From positions 147,321 through 211,320 of the forward strand of contig JAXMNT010000008.1 of the NCBI GenBank assembly GCA_034670305.1: a stretch of DNA of 64,000 nt, in the 5' to 3' direction. Under the pieces are notes generated by a model. It saw only the letters and a program-made list of their open reading frames with translations, searched no databases and was not told the origin of the DNA. Shown here piece after piece: positions 19,557-30,957 of this stretch (position 1 is its first letter; the number at the start of each line of letters is the position of its first letter). The translations under genes were made by a program, and so were the position numbers. This DNA comes from Deltaproteobacteria bacterium. Its GTDB lineage: Bacteria > Myxococcota_A > Polyangia > Polyangiales > Houyiibacteriaceae.

Positions 19557-19955
19557 CGTGATGCTGATGCTGTGGCTGGTGCTGATGCTGGCCTGGTGCT
19601 GTTGCTGGTGCTGTTGCTGTTGCTGGTGCTGTTGCTGGTGCTGTTGCTGCTGCTGTTGCTGTTGCTGGTGCTGACTCTGAGACCGACTCCGACTCCGACG
19701 GCGAAGCCGAAGCCGAAGCCGAAGCCGATCCCGACGCCGACTCCGATTCCGAATCCGACGCCGACGCCGAAGCCGACACCGAAGCCGACACCGACCCCGA
19801 CGCCGAAGCCGATTCCGATCCCGACGCCGACTCCGACTCCGATTCCGAATCCGACGCCGACGCCGAAGCCGACACCGAAGCCGACGCCGATCCCGAAGCC
19901 GAAACCGAAGCCGAAACCGAAGCCGAATCCGACGCCGACGCCGAAGCCGACCTCC
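19557..19955 (-). repeat. Composite hexamer array, reading (TCGGCN)n then (CAGCAA/CAGCAC)n on the minus strand
   Basis: Plus strand shows (GCTGTT/GCTGGT)n followed by (GCCGAN/TCCGAN)n. Confidence 0.9.
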
Positions 19956-19982
19956 GAAGCCGCGGCCGCTTTCCTCCGTCCC

Positions 19983-21089
19983 TCACTCCCGGCCTCCCGC
20001 CCACCAGCGGGCGAGCGCGGGGGTCTGGGGCGGCGGGGCGGGTGGGAGGGGGGCGGTGGACTTGGTGCTCCAGAAGAGCCGCGGGCCCCGTTCGCCTTGC
20101 CGCATCGCGCGCAGCAAGGACGCCGCCGCTTTGCCGCTGTAGCTCGTGTCGAGCTTCAGGCCGGGCACCCGCGCGAACAAGTCGATCGCTTCTTCGCCCG
20201 CGCGCGTGGGTTTGCCGTAGCCGAAGCCGAGTTCGCGTCCATCGACTTGCAGTCCCTGCCGCAGCTCTGTCCGGGTCAGAAGCGCGCGTGGGTCACCGCT
20301 GCGTTCGGCCAAGAGCGCGCTCGTTCGCTCCGCGAGCGACACGATGCGGTACACGCTCGTCACCGGCCACGGTGTCACGCGCACCGACACCACCTTCGGC
20401 ACCGACCGCAGCCCGAGCCCGAGCCGCTGCGCGATCGCGAGCCCCACGAGCAAGCCCGCGCTCGTGCAGGTGCTGCCGACGGCGAGGTGGATCGCGGCGG
20501 GTTCCGGCAGCAGCCCCGCCTTCACCTGCGCGGCGAGTTCGAACGCGGCGGAGACATACGCGAGTGCACCACGCGGCGTCGCGCCGCCCGGGACCATGAC
20601 GAAGGGCCGTTCCGTCTGGCCGACCAGCGAACGCACGCGGTGCCGCACATGCGTCGCCGCCATGCCGAGCGGAAGCTGCGACCAGTGCAAGAGCAAGCGC
20701 CGTTCGGCAGGCACCTGCATGAGGACTTCGAAGTTCGTGATGGCCGCTTCGGAACGCGGCTGCGGGAAGAGCACGAGCCCTGGCACAAGCCCCACCCGGG
20801 GCGCGTGCAGCACGGCAGCGGCGCCGTGGTTGGTTCCGAACGCGCCGGTCGAATAGATGTGGGTCGCGCCTTCTTCGAGCGCTTCTGCGAACAGCACCTC
20901 GAGGGTCCGCACCTTGTTGCCGCCGTACACCGGCGAGCTGAGATCGTCTCGTTTCACCCACGCTTCGCCTGGCAGCGCGCAGGCATCGAGCACCGGCTGG
21001 AGCGACTGCACCGGCGTCGGCCAATCGCCGAGTTCGCAGAATGGCAGACGCAGCCGGGGAAACACCTCGAGCAGTGGCCGCGTGGTCAC
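19983..21089 (-). CDS. PLP-dependent enzyme, D-cysteine desulfhydrase/ACC deaminase family
   Basis: [40 protein letters not shown]. Confidence 0.85.
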   Translation of the reverse strand: MTTRPLLEVFPRLRLPFCELGDWPTPVQSLQPVLDACALPGEAWVKRDDLSSPVYGGNKVRTLEVLFAEALEEGATHIYSTGAFGTNHGAAAVLHAPRVGLVPGLVLFPQPRSEAAITNFEVLMQVPAERRLLLHWSQLPLGMAATHVRHRVRSLVGQTERPFVMVPGGATPRGALAYVSAAFELAAQVKAGLLPEPAAIHLAVGSTCTSAGLLVGLAIAQRLGLGLRSVPKVVSVRVTPWPVTSVYRIVSLAERTSALLAERSGDPRALLTRTELRQGLQVDGRELGFGYGKPTRAGEEAIDLFARVPGLKLDTSYSGKAAASLLRAMRQGERGPRLFWSTKSTAPLPPAPPPQTPALARWWAGGRE

Positions 21090-22030
21090 GCCGGATCCTC
21101 CAGGGCCTCCGGCACCGGGGGCGGTTCCGCCGCGAGCGACGGTCCTCGCCCAAGAGCGGGGCTCTTGCCGAGTCGGTGGCGAAAGAGCATCGGCAAACAC
21201 AGCGGCGTCGCGCAGCCGCTGTAGAAGAGGCACGCGAAGAGCACGTGCCCCTGTTCGTCGGTGCCCGGGAAGAAGAACTGCACCAGCAAGAGCGCGATGC
21301 CGACGTTGCGGAGCGTGACTTCGACCCCCAGCGCGAGCGCGTCGGCGTCTGAGAACCCAAACGCCCGAACCACATGCGGACTGACGATGGCCAGGTAGAG
21401 CGCGAACCCGAACACGAGCGCCGGCGGTTTCCAGCCGTACTCGGTCAACTCGATGCGGCCACTTCCGAGCGCGGCGAGCACGATGACGATGATCGTCGCC
21501 AGGCTCAGACGAATCGCGATCTTGCTGATGCGTTCGGCGTACTTCGGCACCCGGCGGTACACCACCATGCCGACCGCGAGCGGCACCAGCAGATAGAAGG
21601 TGATGTCGCGGAGAATGCGCGCGGTCGGAAAGACGAAGTCGTCGGGCAGGTAGCTGCTGGCGGCCAGATGCAGGAGGATCGGGACGCTCGCCATGCAGCC
21701 GAGCGTGGAGGTCGTGGTGACCGCGATCGAGAGCGGGACCGAACCTTTGCCGAGGTAGGTCAGGAGGTTCGAGATCGTGCCGCCAGGACACGCGGCGATC
21801 AGGATGAACCCCACTGCCCAGCCAGGCCCGAGTTCGAACACCTCGATGAGCGCGATGGCCGAGAGCGGGACGAACACCAGCTGAAGAAAGAGCCCGAGCG
21901 CGAGGCCCTTCGGCCGCCGGAAGATCAGCGCGAAGTCGCCCAGCGCCAGCGTCGCCCCCATGCCGAACATGGCGAGCAGCAGCTGGAGCGGAATGAGCAC
22001 CGTCTCCGCGAACGATTGCAGCGCTTGCAT
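21086..22030 (-). CDS. Bile acid:sodium symporter family transporter
   Basis: [17 protein letters not shown] motif, EVTLRN; multiple TM segments. Confidence 0.88.
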   Translation of the reverse strand: MQALQSFAETVLIPLQLLLAMFGMGATLALGDFALIFRRPKGLALGLFLQLVFVPLSAIALIEVFELGPGWAVGFILIAACPGGTISNLLTYLGKGSVPLSIAVTTTSTLGCMASVPILLHLAASSYLPDDFVFPTARILRDITFYLLVPLAVGMVVYRRVPKYAERISKIAIRLSLATIIVIVLAALGSGRIELTEYGWKPPALVFGFALYLAIVSPHVVRAFGFSDADALALGVEVTLRNVGIALLLVQFFFPGTDEQGHVLFACLFYSGCATPLCLPMLFRHRLGKSPALGRGPSLAAEPPPVPEALEDPA

Positions 22031-22100
22031 CGAGCGGAGAGTGACATCGACCCGCGCGAAAAGGCCAAACTCTTCGTGGCGGATCGACTCGAGAAGCGCG

Positions 22101-22679
22101 CTACTCGTCGTCGCTGCGACGGTGGTGGTGGCTGTCGCACCCCCACGGGCTGCGCTCGCCCTGGACGTTGAGCGACCAGCCGGCCGAGAAGACGATGCCG
22201 AACTCGACGCCGCGGCTCTGCATCGCGGGACCCTGCGAGGGCTGGTAGGTGCGGACCGGAATGCCGAGCCGCGCTGCGATGCCGACCGGGCCCCAGGTGA
22301 AGGTCTTCGCGATGTGAATCATCGTGGCCGCGGCGTAATCGCCTTCGGTTCGGTGCGCGAGTCCGAGCTGCACGCCAAAACCTCCGTAGCCCGCGCTCAC
22401 GCCAGCGGCGCTCCGCCACGAACCGCCGAGCTCGGCTTGGGTCTCCCCAAAGAGTCCCCAGCGCAGCGGCGAGCTGCCCGGGTACCGAAGCAGCTCGAGC
22501 CCGAGGCCGAATCCGTGCGCGCGGTCGCCCTTGGTGAACGCGTACGATGCGGTTGGCCGAAGTTGAAGCGCCGGCCCCTGCTCGGCGGCCTCCACGGCTT
22601 CGCCCGACGTCTGGGCGCTCGCCTGGGTGGTGAACAAGAGGGCTGCGGTGCAACCGAGGATTGTCAGGGCTCGCGTCAT
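22101..22679 (-). CDS. Hypothetical exported protein, possible small beta-barrel
   Basis: Sec signal ending ASAQ; alternating Gly/aromatic beta-strand pattern. Confidence 0.55.
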   Translation of the reverse strand: MTRALTILGCTAALLFTTQASAQTSGEAVEAAEQGPALQLRPTASYAFTKGDRAHGFGLGLELLRYPGSSPLRWGLFGETQAELGGSWRSAAGVSAGYGGFGVQLGLAHRTEGDYAAATMIHIAKTFTWGPVGIAARLGIPVRTYQPSQGPAMQSRGVEFGIVFSAGWSLNVQGERSPWGCDSHHHRRSDDE

Positions 22680-22850
22680 CGTGGGTCTCCGGTGGCCAAG
22701 TCTGCCACGCCCGAGAGAACGGTGCGAAGCGTGCGGCTGGGTATGGGTACGAGAGCCGCCAGGGAACGGATCGTTACAGGAGCGTCTGGGATTCGGCTCC
22801 GAGCGCGGACCACGAGCAGACTGCGCTGTCCGACCTGGAGTACCCCGGAG

Positions 22851-25800
22851 TCATCCGCGGATCGGCCAGTCCAGCGACTGCAAGGTTGGACGCAGCCGTT
22901 GCAGCGCGCCCTGCAGTTCGCCCATGGCCACGCGCTGCTGCGGGTTTCTCCGGATCGAGCGGCGCACGAGCTCCGCCACCCCGGCGGTGCGGGGATCCAT
23001 GGTCAGCCGACCGATGGCTTCGGGCAGGCCGTCGTGCTGCAGGTGCGCGGTGATGGTCGCGATGTCGTTCTGCCCTTCGCTGAAGAGCGTGTTCCCGGTC
23101 AGCAGCTCGTATGCGAGACAGCCGAACGCGTACACGTCCGCGCTCGTGGCTTTGCCGCGACCGCTCTCGTCGTGGCCCCAGACTTCGGGCGCGCCGTAGC
23201 TTGCGGTGCCACAGCCCGGACGCAGGTGGCGGCCGGCGAGCCCGAAGTCCACGAGTACGGGCGCGTCGACGTGTTTGTAGTTCGGGTCGGTGGGCTCGCG
23301 CAGGATGATGTTGCTCGGTTTCAGATCCAGGTGCGCGATCCCGAGCTTGTGCATCGCACCGAGCCCCGCAGCGATGCCTTCGAGCAGGTCGAGCGCGCGC
23401 ACCATGTCGACGGTGCCGAGTTCGAGCACCCGCTCCAGGCTCGGCCCCTCGACGAGCTCCATCACCAGGATGGGCTTGGGCCGCGCGCCCGCGTCGAACG
23501 TCACGAACCGAGCGATGTTCTCGTGCTGGGGCAGCGCGAGGAGCGCGCCTGCTTCGGATCGAAAGAGCTGAAAGAACTCTTCTTCGCTCAGGGTCCGAGC
23601 CGCACCGCCCGAGTACTCCGGGACCTTCAACGCAAAGAGTTCCGCGCGCGGATCGTGGCGGGCTTCCGCGCGCCGCGCGACGAAGACGGAACCGACGGCG
23701 CCGGTGCCGATGCTCTTCGTGATGTAGAACCCGCCCAGCACTCGGCTCGGCGGCATCCAGGCGGGGAGCGGCGCTTCCTTCGGTGCGGTGGGCAAGAAGC
23801 TCGGGCGGCTCATGCGCGGCCCTTCGACCGGCAGCGCGCTCAGCCGGCGCAGCGCCAGCACCGCGACCTCTGCGACGGCGCGGGGCAGTTCGTCGCGCAA
23901 GGTCTCCGCCACCGACTCGAGCGGATCGAGCAGGTCGGGCGTCTGGCCGCGGTACGCCCGGTCGAGGTGGATGTCGAGGTAGCGCATCGCCGCGCCGGAC
24001 GAGGGCCGCTCCACGTTGGAGCGCTGTCCGAGACGGCGGCGGGTGCCGAGCCCGAGTTTGGCGAGCGTCTGCACGGCGACTTCCAACGACGCCAAGGGCG
24101 AGTCTCCATCCGACAGCTCCGAGAGTTCCGCGAGCGAACCCGCGAGCCCGATCGGTTCGAGCGCGCGGGCCAGATCGAGCAACCCACGGCGCAACGCTTC
24201 GACCCGCGGGCTGGACGCAACCGGCAGGTCGTTGGCCAACTGCAACAGCCCGTCGAACGCCACCCGAACCCCGCGCCCACCCTTCGGCCGGTCGGCCACG
24301 ATGCGGTAGAGGTTCGCGAACGCGCGCATCGCGACTTCGAGATCCGGAACCATCGCGGCTTCCGCCATGGTCACGAGGTCCTCGTGGTTCTGCACCGCGC
24401 GCCCCGCCGCCAGGACGACGTCGGAGACTTCGCACACCTCTTCGCGCACGAGCGCATCGCACGCACGGGCCGCCGCCGCACACAAGGCGCGGCGGAGGGG
24501 CGTGGCGGAGTCTTTCTCGACCCGCTCGAGCAAGACCTGCGCGGCCAGCTGTCGGCGTTGCCGCAGAAGGTCCGGTCGGTCGTCGACCCGCCGCCCGTCC
24601 GCATCAACCAAGTGGAGCATGGTGCGGAGCCGGCGCATGCGGCGGGTGAAGTGCGGGACGGCACCCGCCTTCTGCACCGGTTCGCCCTCGTGAATGACCA
24701 ACCAGTTGGAGACGCGCTGAAACAGGTCGCCGAGCGGCCGGATGTCTTCGCCGGGATCGTCGCCCCGCGCGCCGAGCGCCAGCAGGTTCGCGACCGCGTC
24801 GGACTCGAAGAGCGCCAGGTCGATCTCGCGCAGCGCGCGGAACGCGGAGTCTTCCTGCGCGTCGTCGGCACCCGGCATGCACTCCTCGAGCGAGGCCACA
24901 CACTTCTCTGCCGCTTCGAGGACCGAATGCGCGTCGAGGGACGCTTCCCGAGCGCCGTGCGTCACGAAGGACTGCAGTGCGCCGGCGGCCTTGTCGCGCA
25001 CCGTCGGTGCCCGATCCGGATCGAGGTCGGCGAGGATGCACTCCGCGAGCGCGGTCTGTCCGGCGTCCTTGCTCTTCATCTTCGTGAGCGCTTCGCGAAG
25101 CTGCGCGCTCGCCCGTCCGGCAGCCCAGTCGCCGAAGCCATCCGCGATGCGCTCGCGGCGCAGGTCCACCAGCGCTTCGGCGACGTCGAGGCCGCCGAGT
25201 CGAACGAGTTGTTCGAGGAGCTCTTCCACCGCCTCGGGTTCGCGTTCGCCCGCGCGCGGCAGACCGAGGACCAGCGCGGTGGGGATGCCCCGGTCGGCTT
25301 CGTGGATTTCGGAACCGAGCAACTCTCGGCAGCGCTTGAGGTTGCGCTTCGGGTCCAGGGCGATGCTGGCCGCCAGCGAAGCCGCCGCGCGCCGCCACTC
25401 GGTGACGCCGAGCGCCGGGTCGAGGTGCCGCTCGATCTCTTCCTCGAACAGAGGACGCGCTTGAGAGAGCAACCCGCGGGCGGTCGCGACGTGTCGCCAG
25501 ACGAGCGATTCGCGGTCCGCGAGCAACCGCTGGAACGCGGTTCGGACCGCTTGCGTCTCGAACACCCGCACGCCGCTGTCGTCGCCCTCCGCCCACCGCT
25601 GCGCGGCCTCCCGCGACGCGCGTTCGAGCAGCCGCGCGGCCAGGCGGCGCGACGGCAACGATCCGGTGGAAGGCAGCGTGAGCCATTCCCGCGACACGTC
25701 TCTTCGGGAGATGAGCGCGAGCGCGAGGCCGTCCGCGCGGGCACCCGTGCCGATGGGCAAGTCGAGACTGAGCGCCACCCGCGCACGAATGGAAGCGCCG

Positions 25801-26192
25801 CTCAACGCGCGTCGTGATCCAAGGGCGAGCTGCGTCGCGAGCGCGACGAACGTCGCCGCATCTCCCCGGCGCAGCCGCTCGAGCACCCGCCGCCCGAGCT
25901 CGCGTTTGGGTTCTCCGGCCGGGAGCGCCGACGCGAGTTCGAAGATCGCGGCTGCGGCTGCCGGTGGCGAGAGCCACTCGATGTCGTCGATCAAACGCGT
26001 GGTGATCGCGGTCTGCAGGCTCGTCGACAAGAGCTCCGGATCGAGCCCCTCGAGCGGCACGCTCCGGCGGTGGTCGGCGACCGCCGCAGCGAGTGTCGCC
26101 ATGCTCTGGCGCCAAGCGCTGCGGCGCTCTTCTTCATCGAGCCGATGAAGCTGGAGCAACCCGTCGAGGTAGTCCCGCTGCCTCACCGACAT
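22851..26192 (-). CDS. Ser/Thr protein kinase with large helical N-terminal region
   Basis: C-terminal IGTGAVGSVF, ALK, HLDLKPSN, DFG, GTASYGAPE. Confidence 0.88.
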   Translation of the reverse strand: MSVRQRDYLDGLLQLHRLDEEERRSAWRQSMATLAAAVADHRRSVPLEGLDPELLSTSLQTAITTRLIDDIEWLSPPAAAAAIFELASALPAGEPKRELGRRVLERLRRGDAATFVALATQLALGSRRALSGASIRARVALSLDLPIGTGARADGLALALISRRDVSREWLTLPSTGSLPSRRLAARLLERASREAAQRWAEGDDSGVRVFETQAVRTAFQRLLADRESLVWRHVATARGLLSQARPLFEEEIERHLDPALGVTEWRRAAASLAASIALDPKRNLKRCRELLGSEIHEADRGIPTALVLGLPRAGEREPEAVEELLEQLVRLGGLDVAEALVDLRRERIADGFGDWAAGRASAQLREALTKMKSKDAGQTALAECILADLDPDRAPTVRDKAAGALQSFVTHGAREASLDAHSVLEAAEKCVASLEECMPGADDAQEDSAFRALREIDLALFESDAVANLLALGARGDDPGEDIRPLGDLFQRVSNWLVIHEGEPVQKAGAVPHFTRRMRRLRTMLHLVDADGRRVDDRPDLLRQRRQLAAQVLLERVEKDSATPLRRALCAAAARACDALVREEVCEVSDVVLAAGRAVQNHEDLVTMAEAAMVPDLEVAMRAFANLYRIVADRPKGGRGVRVAFDGLLQLANDLPVASSPRVEALRRGLLDLARALEPIGLAGSLAELSELSDGDSPLASLEVAVQTLAKLGLGTRRRLGQRSNVERPSSGAAMRYLDIHLDRAYRGQTPDLLDPLESVAETLRDELPRAVAEVAVLALRRLSALPVEGPRMSRPSFLPTAPKEAPLPAWMPPSRVLGGFYITKSIGTGAVGSVFVARRAEARHDPRAELFALKVPEYSGGAARTLSEEEFFQLFRSEAGALLALPQHENIARFVTFDAGARPKPILVMELVEGPSLERVLELGTVDMVRALDLLEGIAAGLGAMHKLGIAHLDLKPSNIILREPTDPNYKHVDAPVLVDFGLAGRHLRPGCGTASYGAPEVWGHDESGRGKATSADVYAFGCLAYELLTGNTLFSEGQNDIATITAHLQHDGLPEAIGRLTMDPRTAGVAELVRRSIRRNPQQRVAMGELQGALQRLRPTLQSLDWPIRG

Positions 26193-26410
26193 GAGGGCTG
26201 CTTCCTACGGACGGGGGGCGCGGGAACGCAGAGCAGCGCTCTGCGCACGGTGTGAAGCAGGTGTCCCAAGCAGTGTCGAGGATATCACCCGACACCCGGA
26301 GGGGGATGCCAATCGCGTGAACCCATGGGGTTTCAGGACTCCACGAGCGCCGATCCGCAAGCGCGATCCCGCAAGTAGACCAAGCCCGGCGTTCCATGGG
26401 GCTCCGGGCT

Positions 26411-28396
26411 CTAACGCACGAGCCGGGCGGTGCGAAGCTCCCCGTTGCGCAACCACGCCAGGGTTCCGTCGTTGGACAGGCTCGGGGACGCATGCACCGC
26501 CTCGTCGAGGCCGCCAATGGGCGCCCGATTCCGCGTCGAGAGATCCACGAGCCACAGACGGCTCGCGACCACGACGTGCCCGTCGTCTTCGGGGACCGCG
26601 TACACGAGGTGGGTCGAGTCCGCGGAGAACCGAGCGTGCGTGCCCATGCCGAGCGAGACCACCGCCGCCGAGTCGCGTTCGTAGACGTACAGCCCGGTCG
26701 AGACCCCCTGGAACACGACGAAACGCCCGTCGGGCGAGACCCTCGGCGCGAAGTACCGGTCGCCGGCCGGACCGAGGTGGGTGCCATCGGCGAGCACGAT
26801 GGTCCCGTCTTGGGTGACGCGCGCTTGTCCCCCGACCGACACCGGCGCCACTTCACGGCCATCCATGGTCAAGGCGAGCATCGGCACCGCGGTCTCGGTC
26901 TGGCCAGGCACCCGCACGCCGAGCACATCGCCGGTCGAGTTCCACACCGGCGCGAAGCCGCGTCGCTCCCCGCGCGTCAGCTCGAGGATGGTCTCTTGGT
27001 CTGCGTCCCAGACATCGACGCCCGCGTAGCCAGGCAACGAGAGCGCCACGCGCGCGCCCGTCGGTGCCATCTCAGCGGCCGCGTACGTGCCGGACACGGG
27101 TGCCTGGATGTGCTCGAGGGTCGCGAGCACCTCGGCGTCGTGCACGAGCTGCACCTCTTCGGTCGACTCGAGCGACGCTTGCTGCTGTGCCGGCGCCGCC
27201 GAGCCGCATCCTTGAAGGCAGAGGAGGACCGCGATCGGTGCGATCACGTACGAGATGCGGCGGCGACGGCCGAGCGCGAGCAAGCCGAGCGCGAGCAGCG
27301 CCCATCCCGCCGACCCGGTCCCGCGTTGCCACGGCGCGGCGGCACACCCCACTTCGAGATCGCCGCCTGTCGTTCCCATGCCTGCATCGGCGCCGGTGGC
27401 TGCGTCTGCCGCGACCCCCGAGTCGGTGGCCGGCGTGCCGGCATCGACCGCTGGTCCCGCGTCGATCATCGGCGGCCCGGCATCGGAGGCGGCGGTGCTG
27501 CGGGTCAGCCCGATGCTGCACCAGGTCTCCGCGCCGGAGGTCACGTCGCAGGTTCGGCTGGCCTCTTCGAACCCGGCCAACGTCGCTCGTACCGTGGCGC
27601 TGCCAGCCGCTACCGAGAACGACCAGTTGCCGGTGTCGGCTTCGCTCGTCGCGGAAGCGTCTCCCACCGTCACCGTGGCGCCGGCCAACCGGCGCGAGGT
27701 GTCTTCGAGCCCGGCCCCGACGTCTTCGAACACGACGCCGCGAAGCGTGCCCATGCCGGTCGGCGGCATGCCAGGGTCTCGGCCGTAGTGGCGCATGATC
27801 GCGTTGAAGTGGGCCTGCGCCATCTCCTGCCGGCGCTCCGGGCTGCCGAGGAGCGGGCTGTCGATCTCGCAGTGGTTGATGAAACCCATCTCGGAGAGCG
27901 TCGCCGGCATGGTGGTGTTGGTGAGGACCGAGAAGTTCGCGCGTTTGCTCCCGCGGTCGCGCAGTCCCCAGGCCGCGATCATCTCTTCCTGGATGAGCCC
28001 CTGCAGGGCCACCGAGTTCGCCGACGGACTCTCCGACACGAAGGTCTCGGTGCCCGTGGCCGGCGTGCCCGCGTTGGCGTTCGAGTGAATGGAGACGAAG
28101 CGGTCGGCGCCGCGCGAGTTCGCGAGGCTGGATCGGGCGGACAGCGCGACGGCGCGATCATCGGTCCGGGTCATCAGCACCTCGAAGCCGGCACCCAGCA
28201 GCAGCGCCTGCAGTCGGATGGCCGTGTCGAGCACGATGTCCTCTTCTTCCCGTCCACACCCGACCCCGCCCGGGTCGGCGCCCCCATGGCCAGGATCCAC
28301 TGCGATCAGCTGAGCCGACGCCTGGCCAGCGGGCATGGCGAGCGGCGTGGCGAGCGCGGTGGCGAGAAGCAAGAGCAGGACGGAGCGCGGGTTCAT
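26411..28396 (-). CDS. N-acetylmuramoyl-L-alanine amidase (Amidase_3) with internal MYXO-CTERM-like segment and C-terminal TolB-like propeller
   Basis: DPGHGG, MTRTDD, FVSIHSNA, SEMGFI; GC..WALLALGLLALGRRRR; SPDG repeats. Confidence 0.8.
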   Translation of the reverse strand: MNPRSVLLLLLATALATPLAMPAGQASAQLIAVDPGHGGADPGGVGCGREEEDIVLDTAIRLQALLLGAGFEVLMTRTDDRAVALSARSSLANSRGADRFVSIHSNANAGTPATGTETFVSESPSANSVALQGLIQEEMIAAWGLRDRGSKRANFSVLTNTTMPATLSEMGFINHCEIDSPLLGSPERRQEMAQAHFNAIMRHYGRDPGMPPTGMGTLRGVVFEDVGAGLEDTSRRLAGATVTVGDASATSEADTGNWSFSVAAGSATVRATLAGFEEASRTCDVTSGAETWCSIGLTRSTAASDAGPPMIDAGPAVDAGTPATDSGVAADAATGADAGMGTTGGDLEVGCAAAPWQRGTGSAGWALLALGLLALGRRRRISYVIAPIAVLLCLQGCGSAAPAQQQASLESTEEVQLVHDAEVLATLEHIQAPVSGTYAAAEMAPTGARVALSLPGYAGVDVWDADQETILELTRGERRGFAPVWNSTGDVLGVRVPGQTETAVPMLALTMDGREVAPVSVGGQARVTQDGTIVLADGTHLGPAGDRYFAPRVSPDGRFVVFQGVSTGLYVYERDSAAVVSLGMGTHARFSADSTHLVYAVPEDDGHVVVASRLWLVDLSTRNRAPIGGLDEAVHASPSLSNDGTLAWLRNGELRTARLVR

Positions 28397-28628
28397 GCCA
28401 TGGGTTTAGCAAACACCGTGCGCGCACCGAAGCGTGGCGCGCCGGAGCGAGTCGTGCGGCCCGGTGCTCGAAAGGTCGTCTTCCCCCGACAAATGCAGTG
28501 CTTGGCTGCTCGACGCACCAATCGGCACCCAGCCGCCCGGTCTCGAGGTCGTGCCAATCGGCCCCACCCAGCGTTCAGACTCTGGTCACTTGCGCCCTGG
28601 ACCGAACCCCAGCGACCCTCTCCGCGTG

Positions 28629-29519
28629 ATGCCACGAACCCTGGTGCTGGCGGTTTGCGTGCTCGGTTGCTCGAACCCGTTGCCGGGCCGCAACGACACC
28701 GGTGGATTCGACGCGGGCAACCGAGACGCCAGCGCCGACGCCAGACCGGACTCGGATCCCATGGACGTCGGCCCCATCGACTCGGCGAGCGACGCTCCAG
28801 ACGCGCCCATCGACTGCGACACCGCGTTCCGGTTCGACCCGGCCGCCTCTGGCACCGGCGAAGTGAACCAGGTCTCCTACCGCCACATCGAAGGGCTCAC
28901 GCACATCGGCCTCACGGTGAGCGCACCGAGCGAAGTCGGCCGCGTGGCGATCAGCGGCGAAGGCGGACTCAACATCTGGACCTTCCCCGTCGCGTTCCAC
29001 GAAGCGGGGATCTACGACGTCGCGTTCACCGCGGAGATGGGCGGCCGCGTGCTCGGCACCTGCCGGGTGTCGGTCGCCGACACCGGGCCCCCGCCCGACC
29101 TCGAGGATCCGCCCGACTGCACCGGCCGCGTCTGCGGGGAGTCGGACGGCGCCGGCGGAACTTGCAGTCGCTGTCCGATGGTCGAGAGCGAAGGTGGGGC
29201 GTGCATGGACCCGCCTTCCCCGATCGGACCCGGCGGACCCGGCCCGTGGTCGTGTTTGGACAGCGCTGGATGCACCGGCGGCGGCTGCGTGATCTGGTGC
29301 CCAGGCGAACCGTGCGACACCGAGCGGCATCCGGACGGCTGTCCACAAGGCGTCGAGTCGTGTTTCGTCGAACCGGGCATCACCGACTACGAAGAAGCCT
29401 GCCGCACCTGTTGCCGCGCCCGCCACCACGCGCCGACTGGCGAGTTCGCCTGCTGGGATGACGCGATCAACGTCTGCCGCTACCCCGGCGACTGCGGCAT
29501 GCCCTTCCCGCTTCCCTGA
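28629..29519 (+). CDS. Cys-rich hypothetical lipoprotein
   Basis: [10 protein letters not shown] lipobox, Asp/Ala linker, many Cys in the C-terminal half. Confidence 0.7.
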   Translation: MPRTLVLAVCVLGCSNPLPGRNDTGGFDAGNRDASADARPDSDPMDVGPIDSASDAPDAPIDCDTAFRFDPAASGTGEVNQVSYRHIEGLTHIGLTVSAPSEVGRVAISGEGGLNIWTFPVAFHEAGIYDVAFTAEMGGRVLGTCRVSVADTGPPPDLEDPPDCTGRVCGESDGAGGTCSRCPMVESEGGACMDPPSPIGPGGPGPWSCLDSAGCTGGGCVIWCPGEPCDTERHPDGCPQGVESCFVEPGITDYEEACRTCCRARHHAPTGEFACWDDAINVCRYPGDCGMPFPLP

Positions 29520-29529
29520 GTTCTTCGGA

Positions 29530-29950
29530 ATCGGCGTCGGCTCACGAATCGGCGCCGACATCGGCTTCGGCGTCGGCATCGGCATCGGCTTCGGCGTCGG
29601 CTTCGGCATCGGCGTCGGCTTCGGCGTCGGCGTCGGCTTCGGCTTCGGCGTCGGAGTCGGCTTCGGCTTCGGCGTCGGCGTCGGGGTCGGAGTCGGCTTC
29701 GGCATCGGCTTCGGCTTCGGCATCGGCATCGGCATCGGCTTCGGCTTCGGCATCGGCTTCGGCGTCCGCATCGGGTGCGCCCAGCCAGCAGCATGAGCGG
29801 AATCCGCGGCAGAATCAGCGGCAGAATCAGCGGCAGTATCAGCGGCAGAATCAGCGGCAGTATCAGCGGCAGAATCAGCGGCAGTATCAGCGGCAGAATC
29901 ACCGGCGGAATCGGCTTCGGCGCAGCGTCGACATCGGCTTCGGCGTCGGC
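29530..29950 (+). repeat. (TCGGCN)n array followed by a 12-mer array ATCAGCGGCAG(A/T)
   Basis: Read directly; lies between convergent genes. Confidence 0.9.
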
Positions 29951-29974
29951 TGCAGCGTACGTCGGCTTCCCGCC

Positions 29975-30919
29975 TCAGTCGTCCATCGCCCCAGCCATCA
30001 CCCACCCGCGGACCGCCTCGAGCGCCTCCGCCGAGATCGGGTCGCCGCCAGCCGGCATCCGTTCACCGCAACTCGGCGTCTCGTTGCTCAACTTGTCCAC
30101 CAGCAGCGACGCGCCGAGATCGCCGGCCACCACGCGGGTGCCCATCGCATCGCACCCCGTGCCCATCGCTGCGGTCCCCACGAGGTTCGCGTAGGCCAAC
30201 TCCCGCGTGCTCAGGTCGAGCCGGTTGAACTCGATCTCTTCCGCCGCTGGGTTGTGACAGCTGCGTCCGCACTGGGGCAGCAGCACCCGCTCGAAGATGC
30301 TCGTGAAGGTCGGTTCGATGGGTCCCAGCGCTTGCGCTTCCACGACGGCGCCGATGGGCGTCGCACCGGCGGGATGCGGCGTGGTGCGTTCCACCACGGG
30401 CGCACCGCACGAGAGCCAGTTGCGGAACACCTCGATGCCTTCGATCGAATCCGCGAAGAGCGGCACGCGGTTGCCGTCGGCGTCGAACCAACGTTTGGCG
30501 CCGATGAGCGCTTCGGTCGCGGCTGCGCCCCCAGGCGGCATCGTGCCGTTCTCGACCGCCGTCAGCATGTCCTGACGGAAGTCGCGCACGTTGGCGTGCG
30601 AAGCCGCCAGTCGATCAGCGGTGCCGAGCGTCGCGTCGGTGCTGGCGAGCTGCACGTCGAAGTCGAGCCCACCCGGTGCGCCGAAGCGTTCCGCGCCGGT
30701 CACGTCGCTCCGGTGGCAGTACCCCGTGTTCGCGCAGTTGGTCGCAAGCATCGCCTGGCCCTCGAACGCGGGCAGTCCTGCTTCATCGAAGACCACCCGT
30801 TCCGCCGCAGCGGTGTCGCAGCCGCCGAGGTCTGCTTTGCACCCCATCGAGGCGAACACGGCGGTTCCCAGCAGAAGCCCGCCAACCCTTGCAACCCATC
30901 CCACGCGGCAAGCATACAT
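29975..30919 (-). CDS. Lipoprotein with two atypical c-type heme-like motifs
   Basis: ASMGC lipobox; CANTGYCH and CGRSCH, each followed by an MP segment and a W-containing terminal helix. Confidence 0.6.
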   Translation of the reverse strand: MYACRVGWVARVGGLLLGTAVFASMGCKADLGGCDTAAAERVVFDEAGLPAFEGQAMLATNCANTGYCHRSDVTGAERFGAPGGLDFDVQLASTDATLGTADRLAASHANVRDFRQDMLTAVENGTMPPGGAAATEALIGAKRWFDADGNRVPLFADSIEGIEVFRNWLSCGAPVVERTTPHPAGATPIGAVVEAQALGPIEPTFTSIFERVLLPQCGRSCHNPAAEEIEFNRLDLSTRELAYANLVGTAAMGTGCDAMGTRVVAGDLGASLLVDKLSNETPSCGERMPAGGDPISAEALEAVRGWVMAGAMDD

Positions 30920-30957
30920 CCGTGCGGAGCTGCGCGCGCCCTCGATCCATCGGGGCG

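Noticed and set aside
21960-25817. 1285-aa plus-strand ORF and similar long Arg/Gly-rich ORFs elsewhere (e.g. 16262-19561, 26396-29461, 38881-41541)
   Set aside because: Shadow frames of real genes in high-GC DNA, with no recognisable motifs
28408-28423. Sigma-54 promoter upstream of the amidase (GCGCACGGTGTTTGCT, minus strand)
   Set aside because: The invariant -24 GG is not intact
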